From: Geosiphon pyriformis uo1
Lineage: Eukaryota; Fungi; Glomeromycota
DNA: 64,000 bases
NCBI GenBank assembly: GCA_016748015.1
Contig: JAAOMT010000468.1
Coordinates: 558,001-622,000 of the forward strand
Direction: 5' to 3'
Positions within the stretch are counted from its first letter, which is position 1. The number at the start of each line of letters is the position of its first letter. A model generated the notes under the pieces. The model saw only the letters and a list, made by a program, of their open reading frames with translations. It was not told the origin of the DNA and searched no databases. Position numbers and translations under genes: made by a program. Below are positions 24,152-37,500 of the stretch, in pieces.

Positions 24152-26924
24152 TTATAATACCAGCCAAAAATTAAAATTAATACAACAATATTATAATTAA
24201 AATTTTTTAAAAAAATATATAATATTAAAAATTCAGTTTATAAAAAGCAAAAATAAAAAAATTACAAAAAATTTCATAACTAAAATATTTAATTAATTAA
24301 AATACTATTGTTAAAACCATATTTTTAAAAATATAACAATTTTATTACTTAATTAATATTATAACAAAAACAAAATTAAGTGATAAAATTAATAATTTAT
24401 TTGTTAAAATAAGACATAATATAAAATATAAACAATATATATTTAAAAAACATAAATAATAAAAATCTAAAAAGTTAATAATAAATATAAGTATTTAAAG
24501 CTTAAAAAAACAAACAAACATATAAAAAAAATTAATTGTTTATTATAAAGTTATAAAAAGTTAACTTAATATAAAATTAATAATTTTTTAAATTAACAAA
24601 AAGTCTGTATATAGCTAAATTATATTAAATTTATATATTATATTAAGATTATTTAAATATATTAACTATTTATATATCTTAAATTAATTAATTTAATTGT
24701 AAACTTATTTGATATATTATTTTTTTATGAGTTATTAATTTAAATAATCAAATTTAAATAACTAAATTTAAAACTTAATTATATATTATTAATATTAATT
24801 GTAATTATAATTAGCATAATTAAAAATAAATAAATAAATTATATTTTTTAATAACTATTTCTAAATTATAATCATAGATTTAAAATATTAAACTATATAA
24901 ATAAAGATATATAATCTTAAAAAATAATAAAATCTATTATTATTAAATTATATATGTTAATTTTTAATTTTTATTAGTGTTTTTTAATTTGTTAATATTT
25001 TTTTATATCTATTTTAATTAATAATTAAATTATATTATATCTTTTTATTATTAAACTAATTGTTAATCTTTTATTTTCTATTTGTTAACTTATTTTATTA
25101 ATTAAATATAATAATATAAACTTTTTTTACATAATTTTAATAGTAATTTTTATAGTATATATTGTAATTTTTATATTAAAAACTGTAGAAATTTACTAAT
25201 AACAATATATATAATAATTCTAATATTAAAAAAAACAGCTATAATTTTAGTTATTTTTATAAACAATAATAAAATATTCAATAAATTTTTAATTAATTAA
25301 AAGAAATAAAAATATATTATTATAAATTAAATTATTGTTATAAAACTATTACAGAATTTATTTGTATTTATTTTTAAATAAAACTATTATTTATTAACTA
25401 AATTTATTAGAAAAATAATTCTTAATTAAAATTATTTATATTATTATTAATTAATAAAAATTTATTTAGAAAATATTTATTTTATGTTTTTAAATTAATA
25501 AATTTTAAATTAACTTTTAAGAAAGAATATATTATATATAATAAAAATAAAATACAAAAAAAATTTGCATAATAGTTTTAATAGAAAATTTTTATTATAA
25601 CAATTATAATATTATAATTTTTTTATTTTTATTTTTATAACTACAATTAAAACAAAAAGTAAAAAAATTACACATTTTTGATTTTTTTATTACTTAAAAC
25701 AATTGATAATTTTTTATTGATAAAAATTCAACAGTTATAAAATTGCTTAACAGTACTCTATAGAAATACTTTTTTAAATAAAGTAATAGTTGGCTTTTTG
25801 CTGTTTTAAAAGCATTTTTTTATTTTTAATTAAGAGTTTTTTTTCAAGGTTTTTTTAAAACAATTTATTTAAAATAATTTTAATATAATCTTAATTTTTT
25901 TTAAAATTCCTAAAATATTTAATAAAAAATTAATAATTAAGTTATTTTTTTTATTTTTTTTTATTGTTGTTTAAATAATCAAAAAAACCAAAACAATTAA
26001 GAAATAATTTTTTTAAATTTTTGTTATATCTGATAGTAATTTTTTTAAAATATTAAAAGATTTTTTTTTAGTATTTTTGATAATTTTAAGATCTTAAAAT
26101 TGGTTTTTTTTGTTTTTTTTTGGCTTTTTATTAATTTTGTATTATTAATACTAATTATAATATTCACTTTTATTATAATTATAAATAAAACAAAACATGT
26201 TTTTACATATGTTTTTATTTAATTAAAATTTTAAATTATTTAATCTTAAAGATTAGATTAATTAAACAAAATTAATTTTTATTTTTTTATTTTTTGGTAC
26301 TGTTTCTAATAGTACTTAAAAAAATATTATAAATTATTAAAAATTTGTAAAATAAATAATTTTTATTTTAATGTTTATGCTACTTTTAAAAATAAATTAA
26401 TTTTTATTAAGATTGTATTTTAATATATATTTTTATTAATATTAAATTTGTGTTTAAAGATAATATAAAGTTTTTTTATATAAAATTTGTTTTTTAAACT
26501 TTTTTAAATACTGTATTTTAAATTAGACTTACTTGTTTTATTTTTTAATTTTTAATTCTGCTTAGTAAATATAATATATTATTATTATTTTTAATTTAAA
26601 GATTAATTTAAAAGTTGTTATTATTAAAAGTAATATATTAAAAAATATTATATTTAAGAATTTTTTTTAAATATTAGTACTGTTTTAAGTATTAAAATAC
26701 AAATTATTTAACTATAAATTAAAATTTATTTTTATTTTTTTCCTAGTTTTTATCTAAATTTGTAATTATTTTTAAGATTTTTGAATTTTATTATATTAAT
26801 ATTAAATTTTTGGCTGTTTTTGCTAATATTAATTTTTTAATTGGTTTTTATTTGGCTTTTTTTAAAGTTTAAATTGATTTGTTTTAAACTTAATAGTTAA
26901 ATTTATTATTAAACCAATTAATAT

Positions 26925-27650
26925 TGTTACGGTTAAAACACATAGTTTTTATTAATTATCACATGTATTAGCCACTGATGTCATATAATTAGCCATCCTA
27001 TTTTTAGATAGTGATTGTTGACCTGATCAATGACCTGACCGTTGACCTGATCATTGACCTGATTATTGACCTGATCAATAACCTGATCATTGACCTAATT
27101 GTTGACCTGATCATTGACCTGGTCGTTGATCACTTTAGATAGCTATATAAGTGATGATTCCCTTAGCTGTAGAAAGACATGATCAAAGTAACGAAATAAA
27201 CAATATCAATTACTTCCTCTCATAATTGCTTATTCTCCTTTCCTTACCTTCAAGTATCTACTTGTTGGCATTCACATACCTTATCTTTTCCCCTTCTTGA
27301 TTTGTATTTGTTAGAATTAGCCTGAGAAGCAATTGGCTTGCTCTTGTAATTCATTGAATAAAGAAACGATTGAAAAACACAACAATACCTGTTATTGATT
27401 CTAAGAATCGCTGAGTTGAGGCATAGAATAATAGCAGCAGTGTTATCTTGTTGACAATCACGGACTATTTCTCTACCTTCAGATTTAAGAAAAGATTAGC
27501 GACTGTGATTTTTATGAGACTGATCACGCACATTAAATTCCTACTTATTCAATTCACTCCCTTATTGTAATTCCTTCTTTGTTTATTTCCATTACCATAT
27601 AATACTGTTCTCCCTTGCTATCCATTAGCTTGTTACTCCAACCCATAACA
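26925..27650 (+). repeat. Gypsy-A 5' LTR (726 bp) with 12-bp tandem array TGACCTGATCAT
   Basis: TGTTAC...ATAACA; array at ~27018-27130; TATATAA at ~27144. Confidence 0.95.
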
Positions 27651-27656
27651 TAAAAG

Positions 27657-27674
27657 TAGTGCTCCCTGTGAGGT
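27657..27674 (+). promoter_or_regulatory. Primer-binding site of Gypsy-A (mutated TGG>TAG)
   Basis: TAGTGCTCCCTGTGAGGT 6 nt after the 5' LTR; differs from the Gypsy-B PBS only by transitions. Confidence 0.7.
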
Positions 27675-27759
27675 TGTCAAAATTCACTTACTCTCTCATT
27701 GTATAGGTGATTACTCATATCTGCCACAGCAATCAGAAAAACACTTTGCAGCACACAAC

Positions 27760-29214
27760 AGAAATGACCAAAGTTTCATTGAACTTAATCCTCTGCCCTC
27801 CTGCTTGATCTGCTTCCCCCTTGAAAAACAATCCAGTAGACAATTCTAAGACTGTTGGAACTGGTTCCTGAACGAGCATTCAGCTGAAACCTACACAGCT
27901 TATACAACCTATTACTTTGACCAAGCTTATTTTGAAAATGACTTTGAAGAAAGAAACAACAGTATCAATCAGCTCTTATATTCTGCAACTTTTGAACAAC
28001 AGCCCCCTGATTTCGAATATCTGAATCATCAAATCCACATTTGGATTGCTGTCCATCAAGCAACTAAAACTCCCTTTGAAACAGAAAAAGAAAGCTATCA
28101 AACTGCCCCTGTTTTTGATCTTTTATCAAGTGAATCAGACTCGTCTACACAAACAGTTACCCCTGAACCAATGGCTAATGACCCCATGCAAGCAAACATT
28201 CTGGCTGCCCTCCAAGGTATACAAACTGCTCTAGGGTGAAGAAACAACACCCCAATTCCATTATTTAGAGGTGATGCACAAGATCTAATTGAATAGTTAG
28301 ATGACTTTGAAAGAGCCGCTACAGCCAATCAATATAATGATGAGTACAAGTTCCTAATTGTCGGTGGCTATCTTCAAAAATCCCCTGCTACCTGGTTCTC
28401 ACAAGAAACAGATGCCAATGCCCAGCAAAGAATCATTAGATGGACACCAGCAAATGTGAGAAAAATCAACACTTCTTTCACTACCCGGTTTGAAAACAAG
28501 TTCAGAACCCCAATATTAATATCAAAATGGCATATGAAATTGGAAAAAAGAACCCAAGGTCCTGGTGAAGTTGTAACTGAATATGCCAAAGCAATCAGAA
28601 AGTTAATCAAATGAGTAGATACTGGAAGAAATTGGACAGAAAAGCAGAAAATTCACTCTTTTACAAAAGAATTGAGAATTGATCTATTGTATGCTCTTTG
28701 GCCCCTCCTGGCCCTGAAAGATAATCCCACCATAGATATGGCCATTGAATTAGCACAAAAAATTGAAAATAACCAAAGGATGCACTTGGGATCCACACTA
28801 CCAGTTTTTGCTCCTGTTCCTGTTATGGCTTCTGCCTTTCAAATGGCTGCTACTTCTTTTGCCACTCACACTCAAGATCCAAATGAACAGTTAATAAACA
28901 GACTCACAGCAAATCTTGCCTGGTTATTAGAACCCTTAGCCCAAGCAGTCAGAGAAAATCAGCAACCACAAAGACCCAGATTTGAACCACGCTTCAATCA
29001 GCCCCAGCAACCACCTTATCAAAGACAACAAAATCGTGGCCCACCTGTATGCTATCACTGTGGATTAACTGGACACTTTTCAAGAGATTGCAACAATCCT
29101 CCTCTGCCTCCACCAGTTCCCAAAAACAATGATGCTCAGAACAACAGGATCAACAACAACAATGTGCCCAACCAAAGACCCAATCATGCCAACATCAATT
29201 TCTTTGGAGAGGAT
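27760..29214 (+). pseudogene. Gypsy-A gag (capsid plus CCHC nucleocapsid) with in-frame stops
   Basis: QGPGEVVTEYAK capsid-type motif, Q/P-rich linker, CYHCGLTGHFSRDC knuckle. Start approximate. Confidence 0.85.
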
Positions 29215-29465
29215 NNNNNNNNNNNNNNNNNNNNNNNNNNNNNNNNNNNNNNNNNNNNNNNNNNNNNNNNNNNNNNNNNNNNNNNNNNNNNNNNNNNNNN
29301 NNNNNNNNNNNNNNNNNNNNNNNNNNNNNNNNNNNNNNNNNNNNNNNNNNNNNNNNNNNNNNNNNNNNNNNNNNNNNNNNNNNNNNNNNNNNNNNNNNNN
29401 NNNNNNNNNNNNNNNNNNNNNNNNNNNNNNNNNNNNNNNNNNNNNNNNNNNNNNNNNNNNNNNNN
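29215..29465. other. Assembly gap (251 N) covering the gag-protease junction
   Basis: Run of N. Confidence 1.
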
Positions 29466-32400
29466 TGGATCATCTGTTAGTGTTATTGCCAAACACTTTC
29501 TTAAAGCAATTGGCAGAAAAATTGATGAACCATCCACATGACCAATGACCAATGTGCATGGTGATAAGAAGAAAGGGCTTGGCATAGCCAAAGCTATTCC
29601 TGTCTGCATCAATGACATTAGCATTGAAACTGATATGGAAGTGTCTGAAGCAAAAGAATACACCATTATTGTTGGCAATGAATGGCTCAAGAAAGCAAAG
29701 GCTTTGCTTGATTATGAACTCTGTGAACTAACCATCAGATGTGATAAAAAACCCATTGTGGTTAAGTGTCACCATTGGACAACTCCCCCAGTACCCAAGC
29801 AGAGCCCAGAAGAAAATGAATCAGATGAATCAGATAATGAAGAAAGTGAGGAAGAAAAAAAACAAGAAAAACAAGAAAAAACTGCTGAACTCGCTTATAC
29901 CATCTTCACTAGCAATGGCAAACCACTGAATAATGTCAAGGCAGATAAAAAAGGAATTATTGTCAATGGCAAGCTGATCTGCTGGTCTTATTATGGCATG
30001 CTCAGAAGAACCTTTGACAGAAAGCCAGGCAAAAAAGCCAAATACAGTTATTGGTAGCATGGTCCTTGTGCTCGGTGCTGGTGCGACAAACCATTGTATT
30101 CTCCTAGCAATGAATGCATGTTCTGCCTGATCTATTACAAAGATTGGGAACCAATCAGCTTGATACCCCAAGAGGAAATAAAAGAAGTCCAAAAGTCCTT
30201 TGAAAACGAACCACCTGAAATCCAATCACTGGTTGTAGAACAAAGAGAACCCTCTTCAGAAGAAAGAAAAGTAGACATTGAAAACCTGCTGGCTAGAAAC
30301 AGCCCAGTTATCTTAAAAGAAGGTGAACCTCCTGGATGTACACATGTGATACAACACACTATCATCACCAGAGAAACTCGCCCCATCCATTTGAAGTCCT
30401 ATCAATCCAACCGGCACAATGATGAGTTTATCAAAAAGGAAATAACCCGAATAAAAACTCTGGGATTCATACAGGAAACCAAAAGTAAATGGGCATTCCC
30501 AGTTGTAGTGGTATCCAAGAAAGGAGGAACCCTACGCTTTTGTGTTGACTATCACCAATTAAATGCTATTACTGAAAGAGACATGTATTCACTTCCCAAG
30601 ATTGATGCAATGCTAGACCAATTCCATGGTACCGCTTTCTTCTCAACTATTGACTTAACTGCTGGATTCTGGCAAGTAGAGATGGATCCAGAAAGCAGAA
30701 AGAAAACTGCCTTCATTACCAAGTATGGTACTTATGAATTCACAGTCATGTTTTTTGGTCTCACAAATGCTCCTCCCACCTTTCAATGCTTAATGGACAA
30801 AGTATTTGAATCAGTAAAAAAAAACTTTGTTCTAGTCTATTTGGACGACATAATGGTATACTCAAAAACCTGGGATGAACACCTTGAACATTTGCAAAAG
30901 GTTTTTGACCTCCTTAGAAATGCTGGTCTCAAGATCAATCCAATCAAATCATTCTTTGGACGTCAATCCACCCAGTTCCTTGGCCATCTTATTACAAAAG
31001 ATGGAATCTTTCCTGATCCAGCCAAAATTGAAAAAATTCAAAACATTAGACAACCAATAAATGTTCATGAACTACACTCTTTTCTTGGTTTGGCCTCTTA
31101 TTATCGCAAATTTGTCAAGGATTTCTCCAAAATCGCTGCTCCTCTCAATCAGCTACTTAGGAAAAACATCAACAAAAAGCATTTGAAATTCTGAAAGAAA
31201 AACTGGTTACAGAACTCATCCTCATGCAACCTAATTTGGATTGACCTTTTATCCTCCACACTGATGCATCTGGCTATGGACTTGGTACTGTTTTTTCCCA
31301 AAAAGATAAAGATAACAGAGAACACGCCATAGCATATGCCAGTAGAACTCTCACACCAGCAGAAAGAAACTACTCAGTTACTGAGCAGGAATGCTTAGCA
31401 GTAGTTTGGGCTACCAGCTACTGGGACAAATATCTTAAGGGTGTGAAATTTTTGGTGATAACAGATCACCAAGCTTTGGTTTGACTATGCAACAAAAAAA
31501 ACCTGGAACATAAACGGATAACTCGCTGAATACTCCACTTGGACGAATTCGACTATGACATTCAACACTGTAAAGGAGCTAATCATCAAAACGCCGATGC
31601 TCTCTCCAGACTTACCATCCAATGATAGTAAAACCCTCTCAAACCAAACCAACTTAATTATTTGTAACTTCCCCCACAAACAAACATGATAATGGACTTG
31701 GATAACTACTCTGCTTTAATGAAATTTTTGGGTAAAAGACAATACCCACCAAACTATACTCAACAGCAAAGAGAATATTTGCGCAAACAATCAAATTTCT
31801 ATTTGATTCGCCAGAACCAGTTATATAAAAAAAATAGAAAAGATCCTGACCACCCCCAGAGAGTCATTAGATTTAAAGAAAGAGAAATTGTGATCTACAA
31901 TATGCACACTGATCCATTAGCTGGACACTTTGGAAAAACAAAAACAATTCAGAAAACTTTAGCTCGCTATTATTGGCCTACCTTGGGAAAAGACATTGCT
32001 AAATACATCAAAACCTGTGATACTTGCCAAAAAAGAGGAAAACCCAATCACAAGGAAGATATCCATCCAATCTCTGTTGGTCAACCATTTGATAGAATTG
32101 GTATAGATGTTGTTGGATCTTTAACAGTAACTCCTGATGGCAACAGATACATTATCACAGCTACCGACTATCTTACAAAGTGGGTAGAAGCAAGAGCCAC
32201 CCCAGATCAAACAGCAGTCTCAATTGCCAATTTCATTTATGAAAATATTATCTGTTGCCACGGCTGCTCCAAAGAACTTTTATCTGATAGAGGAAAAGCT
32301 TTTCTCAGTACACTGGTTGAAGAACTTTGCAGAAAAATGAGAATACGTCATAAACTCTCTTTTCCTTATTACCCCCAAACAAATGGCCTAGTGGAACGTT

Positions 32401-32999
32401 TTAATAGAACACTATGTAAAACCCTAGCCAAAACTAGTGAAGAAACCAACCTATGGGACAAAGTATTGCCTTCAGCTTTGTTTGCTTACAGAACTGTGAA
32501 TCATGACATAACAAATTATGAACCCTTTTATCTGCTCTATGGACAAATAGCAACTCTACCAATAGAAACAAATATAGAAACAATACCTTTTGAAGAAATA
32601 ACAATAGGAGATTACAAAGACATTTTGCAAAGAAGACTTGGTACCATTCTTGATTCATTAGTAGAAGCACAGATAATTGTCTTTGAAAAGATAAAACAGT
32701 TCCAAGAAAAGCTCAAAAAAAAAAAGACCTATAAAACACTTTTCTTAAGTGTTGGTGACTTAGTTTTGGAATACTGTTCAGACAGAGACAATGTCTATGG
32801 TGATAAATTCTCTAGCTGGTAGAAAGGACCCTTTTTAGTCAACAAAGTTTTGAACAATGGTTCTTATATCTTACAAGATCAATATGGAACAATATTCAGT
32901 GATTGCTCTGTTCATGGCACACGACTCAAGAAATATCACAAACGACCTGATTGGTTACCTGTTGTGGTAATACCGACCCAAATGATCAGCAAAAATTAG
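29466..32999 (+). pseudogene. Gypsy-A pol: protease, RT, RNase H, integrase with GPF motif, no chromodomain
   Basis: GSSVSVI / IVGNEWL (PR); LRFCVDY, IDLTAGFWQ, VYLDD (RT); HTDASG, AYASR, ITDHQAL (RH); H..GH..CDTC, IGIDV, LSDRG, NGLVERFN, KGPF (IN). Confidence 0.94.
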
Positions 33000-33046
33000 A
33001 TATAAATAAATGCATCATTCCCAAAACAGAGGTATCTTCAATCGAC

Positions 33047-33616
33047 ATGAACAATTATTTCTTGGATCAAAACATTCAAAACGCTTTTTATACTCTCCAT
33101 GAGTACTGGATCAAGAACTATCCAAATGCTACTCTGACTATTGAAAAACAAACCACTATAACAGACAACAGTGAAACTTACACTGTTATTAGACCAAAGA
33201 AAACAACTACCAGAAGAGAAAGAATTGGTGGCAAAATGGATAAATACCTGCTGGAAAGCATAACAGCAGCAATACTTTTACCTTCCAGCACAATTGGAAA
33301 AACAATACAAGAAATCTTGTCCATAGACAAAAACTTGTCATATGGAAGACAATTAGAACTCTATGGTCGTCTTGGTGAAATCATAGAAGACATGAAGCTC
33401 ATGAAGAAAACAACTTTAGAGATACAAGTGGAAATTTTGGGCATTATACGATTGGATGTCCCAAGAGTTTTGACCATTGCTAAAAGAGCCAAAACTCTTA
33501 TACAAAGATTTGGTCTCTTGGATACAAAGCTTATTTCGCCTCAAGTACTATATACTCTATCCACAAAAGACTTCAACAAACTAGTTAGTTTTGAGTTAGA
33601 CAAACCCTTCACATAG
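33047..33616 (+). CDS. Gypsy-A ORF3, unknown 189-aa protein at the env position (no evident TM or signal peptide)
   Basis: Uninterrupted frame from ATG 33047 to TAG 33616 between the integrase stop and the PPT; resembles Gypsy-B ORF3. Confidence 0.7.
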   Translation: MNNYFLDQNIQNAFYTLHEYWIKNYPNATLTIEKQTTITDNSETYTVIRPKKTTTRRERIGGKMDKYLLESITAAILLPSSTIGKTIQEILSIDKNLSYGRQLELYGRLGEIIEDMKLMKKTTLEIQVEILGIIRLDVPRVLTIAKRAKTLIQRFGLLDTKLISPQVLYTLSTKDFNKLVSFELDKPFT

Positions 33617-33671
33617 ACTATTCCATAAATAGTTTGATTTCGCCGGAGCTCAATCTCTTTGGAGAGGATGA

Positions 33672-34409
33672 TGTTATGGTTGAAACACATAGTTTTTATT
33701 AATTATCATATGTATTAGCCACTGATGTCATATAATTAGCCACCCTATTTTTAGATAGTGATTGTTAATCTGATCAATGACCTGACCGTTGACCTGATTA
33801 TTAACCTGATCATTGACCTGATCAATGATCTGATCATTAACCTGATCATTGACCTGATCATTGACCTGATCATTGATCTGGTCATTGACCACTTTAGATA
33901 GCTATATAAGCGATGATTCCCTTAGCTGTAGAAAGACATGATCAAAGTAACAAAATAAACAATATTAATTACTTCCTTTCATAATTGCTTATTCCCCTTT
34001 TCTTATCTTCAAGTATCTACTTGTTGGCATTCACATACCTTATCTTTTTCCCTTCTTAATTTGTATTTGTTAAAATTAGCCTGAGAAGCAATTGGCTTGC
34101 TCTTGTAATTCATTGAATAAAGAAACGATTGAAAAGCACAATAATACCTGTTATTGATTCTAAGAATCGCCGAGTTGAGGCATAGAATAATAGCAGCGGT
34201 GTTATTTTGTTGACAATCACGGACTATCCCTCTATCTTCAGATTTAAGAAAAGATTAGCGACTGTGATTTTTATGAGACTGATTATGTACATTGAATTCC
34301 TACTTATTTAATTCACTCTCTTATTGTAATTTCTTCTTTGTTTATTTCCATCACCATACAATACTGTTCTCCCTTGCTATCCGTTAGCTTATTACTCCAA
34401 CTCGTAACA
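33672..34409 (+). repeat. Gypsy-A 3' LTR (738 bp), preceded by PPT GGAGAGGATGA (33661-33671)
   Basis: Direct repeat of 26925-27650, longer by exactly one 12-bp unit. Confidence 0.95.
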
Positions 34410-34598
34410 ATATATTGGTTACTTTGGTTATTATATTGTTTAATATCTTTTTTGCTTTATATAATAAATTGAAAAACATAATTAAAACTGTTCAAAATGA
34501 GAGCTTTGTTTTTAATAAAGCTTTAAATAAAATAAATCATAATATTATTAAAATTAAATTAAAATATAATATTATTAATAAAGATATATATATATATA

Positions 34599-37500
34599 TT
34601 TTTTTTTAAAACTGTTTAATAAGTAAAGCCCAACTACTATCTAGTACATAGAGCCAGACTAAGTAACTCAAACTAAATGTGACTCATGCACTTTCTACAT
34701 GTGGCTAGTCACTCAGACCAGACAAGGCAACACTATACACTAACATAAACACAAGAACTACCATTCAAACCCGAAAAAAAAAGGCAAGGTCTGCAATGGC
34801 CGAAACTGATAGCAAAAGATTCAGTGATGCCAAACAACTTAACTACACTATCAGAAAGCACAAAAGACATATCACATAATAGACCCAACACCAAGCTATT
34901 GTTACCGACCAAGCCAGCTCTCTTCATGTCTGATCTAAACTTAGATCTAACTAGCCACACCCTAGAATGATGCAACTCAACCAAGAACCTTACAAAATCA
35001 ATAACTATACAAGAAGCTTTCTTAATATCATCGAAAACACCAGCTGCTTCAGCACACCAACTCTTCATCACAAATTTTTTACATAAAACCGAATATCTGC
35101 CAACATCCAAAAGGCAAAAATTAAGAACCTAAAGAACAAAAGAAGAAAACAGGTCACAAATGTTAACCAGAGAAACCCAATGTGTGGAAGCCTCCAATAG
35201 AATCTCCTTATGAGTGTGAGCATCTTGTAAACAAGAAAAAACATGATCAGGCAACTCCACCTCCCCACACAACAAGCATTGAACACCCAGATAACATTTA
35301 TCATACAATCTTTTCTTGACTTCTACTGGCAACCTCCTATGCAAAGTCTTTATCAAATACATATGAAGATCTGCTAATTTTTGGCTGGTAAACTCAGCAA
35401 GCATGTGTGAGTCAGGATGCCAGACTCTCACAGAAACAACCCAATCAAAATCCCCCAACATGTCAACAGAGACCACATCATGGCCCAGACCAGCTTCCCA
35501 ACGAACATGACAAACAGACCTAAATAAATCCCTGACAAAGTAATGAGCATTGCCTGAGACCATAGTGTCTTTAGCCACCAAAAAATGTTCACAGACCCTC
35601 ACCAGTAAAACATAAGAAAAGCCAGCAGCCTTATCTGCAAATCTGTCAGCTTTTACATTACCAAGATTACCAGCATGGCCCCTGATTTTGGTCTAACTTA
35701 CACTAAGATCCTTATCTCTAATCAAATTAAAAACATGTCTATGTTCGACCCAACAACAGTTGTAGAAATCCAGAATCTTAGATAACAACTCAGAGACACA
35801 TGCATCAATAGTAGCTTGACTGTTGAGAAACAAAAGCATTGAACAAGAGAATGGAACACATTCCAAAGTGAGAGTGACAGCCTACAACTCAGCCATAGTA
35901 GAAAATAAGAGGCCACAAATCCTAACACCAATACTCAAATCCAAAGCCGAGAAATATGCAGTGGCACCACTCAACACATCAGCAGAACCAGCACCCATCA
36001 ATGACCCATCCATGTAAACCTCAAAACAGCCAGACCAGACCCCAAGCAAACTATCCCTCACAGAGGAAAACACATCAGACTTCAAAATGTTCAAACCACA
36101 AGAATAAGCAGTACCAGAAGAGCCAGAAAAGAAGAAACTCTTATTCAGCAAATACTTAAAAGCAGCCACAAACTAAAGAGACACTGAGCCCCATGGATCT
36201 AACTGTTTCCAATGACGAAAAGTCTTCCAATCCAACAGAACATTTTTTTTATTGAGGATTCAATCTCCAAAAGCAATACTATAACGTTTAAGAGACCAAA
36301 CAGAATCAAAGTACAAAGACTTCCCAAGAATCAAAGACATCGGAAAATGACCAGGATGATGAAAAGCATTAGGGAGGTTGTTCACCAAAGAGAGATCATT
36401 GTCCAAAAAAATCTTCACTACACCCGCCAAAAAATTGTTCACCAGGCTAATATGCAGCTTGACAGGAGCTTGAAGAAGATTCAAGGAAGCCCACCCCTGA
36501 ATTTGCAAGTCCAGACACCTATGTTCAAACAAGTGACCAAGAATGTCAGGGGCATTAGAAAAAAAAATCAAAAAGGCCACTTTTGCCTCAGATTGTACTT
36601 GCTTAAAAGACTTCAAGCCATATAGAAAGGGGTGAAGCAGAGCAGCATTAGAGAAATCATGGGGTAGATGTGCCTTGGACTTGAAGCCCTTCTTAATCAA
36701 AATGTCCCACTTGTGGCAGACACCAGATAAAACAAAACTGAACTGTGTTTGGTAACTAACAATGGGCTGTAAAATAGCCAAGACCAAATAAGAAAATTGC
36801 TTATCCGTAATTGCTTTTCTTAGCACTGTGTAGACAAAAAAACAAACATCTAAGTGAGTCTTGGCCAAACTCGATTTGGACAATCCTTTAGTTGATAAAA
36901 AAATACCCAAATATCTGTAAGCTTCACCCTTCTTGGCGATAGAGATCGGCTGACCACTTATACTTAAAAAAGCAAACCTAACACTCTAATTAATTGATAT
37001 AGCCACCATTTTTTTATTGTTTATAGAGATGTTGTTAATAAAGAAGAAATCACTAACAATATTCAAAGCATACTGCATGGAAGATTGGCAATCCCCAACC
37101 CAAATTGTATCATTCACAAAAGCACCAGCAGCAAAGAATGAAGACATTCCACCACTATTCTTGATCCTGCCAGTTTTTGCCACAAACTTTGTATCAATAT
37201 GATATCCACACAAATGTTCATGTCTTTTAATTTCACACAAGAGTGGGTCATAGAAGATATGCCAAAGAAGAGATGAAAAAACCTCATCCTGATCAAGGCC
37301 ATCATGTATCCTGTAACTATTTAAGAGACCAAAATCAGTCATTACCCTATTAACTCTGTTCTTATGAATCCCACCAAAAAATTCAACAAATCTGTCACAC
37401 ATCTTGATATGACGCAGACTAGCCCTTAAGTGGTGCCAACCAACAGAATCATACACCTTGTGCATATCCTACAACATCAACCAAAGTTCCTTATTTTTTT

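Larger units (their letters stand above)
26925..34409 (+). mobile_element. Complete Ty3/Gypsy LTR retrotransposon, family A (gag, PR-RT-RH-IN, extra ORF3)
   Basis: Paired LTRs, TSD ATAT (26921-26924, 34410-34413), PBS, PPT and Gypsy domain order. Confidence 0.96.

Noticed and set aside
27018-27135. Short repeat arrays as CRISPR-like or telomeric repeats
   Set aside because: No unique spacers, eukaryotic context, and located within LTRs.
29129-29690. ORFs spanning the N run
   Set aside because: Artefacts of the assembly gap; the frame across the gap is unknown.
33047-33616. ORF3 as an envelope glycoprotein or chromodomain
   Set aside because: No signal peptide, TM segment, Cys pattern or chromodomain aromatic-cage motif is visible, and it is separate from the integrase frame.
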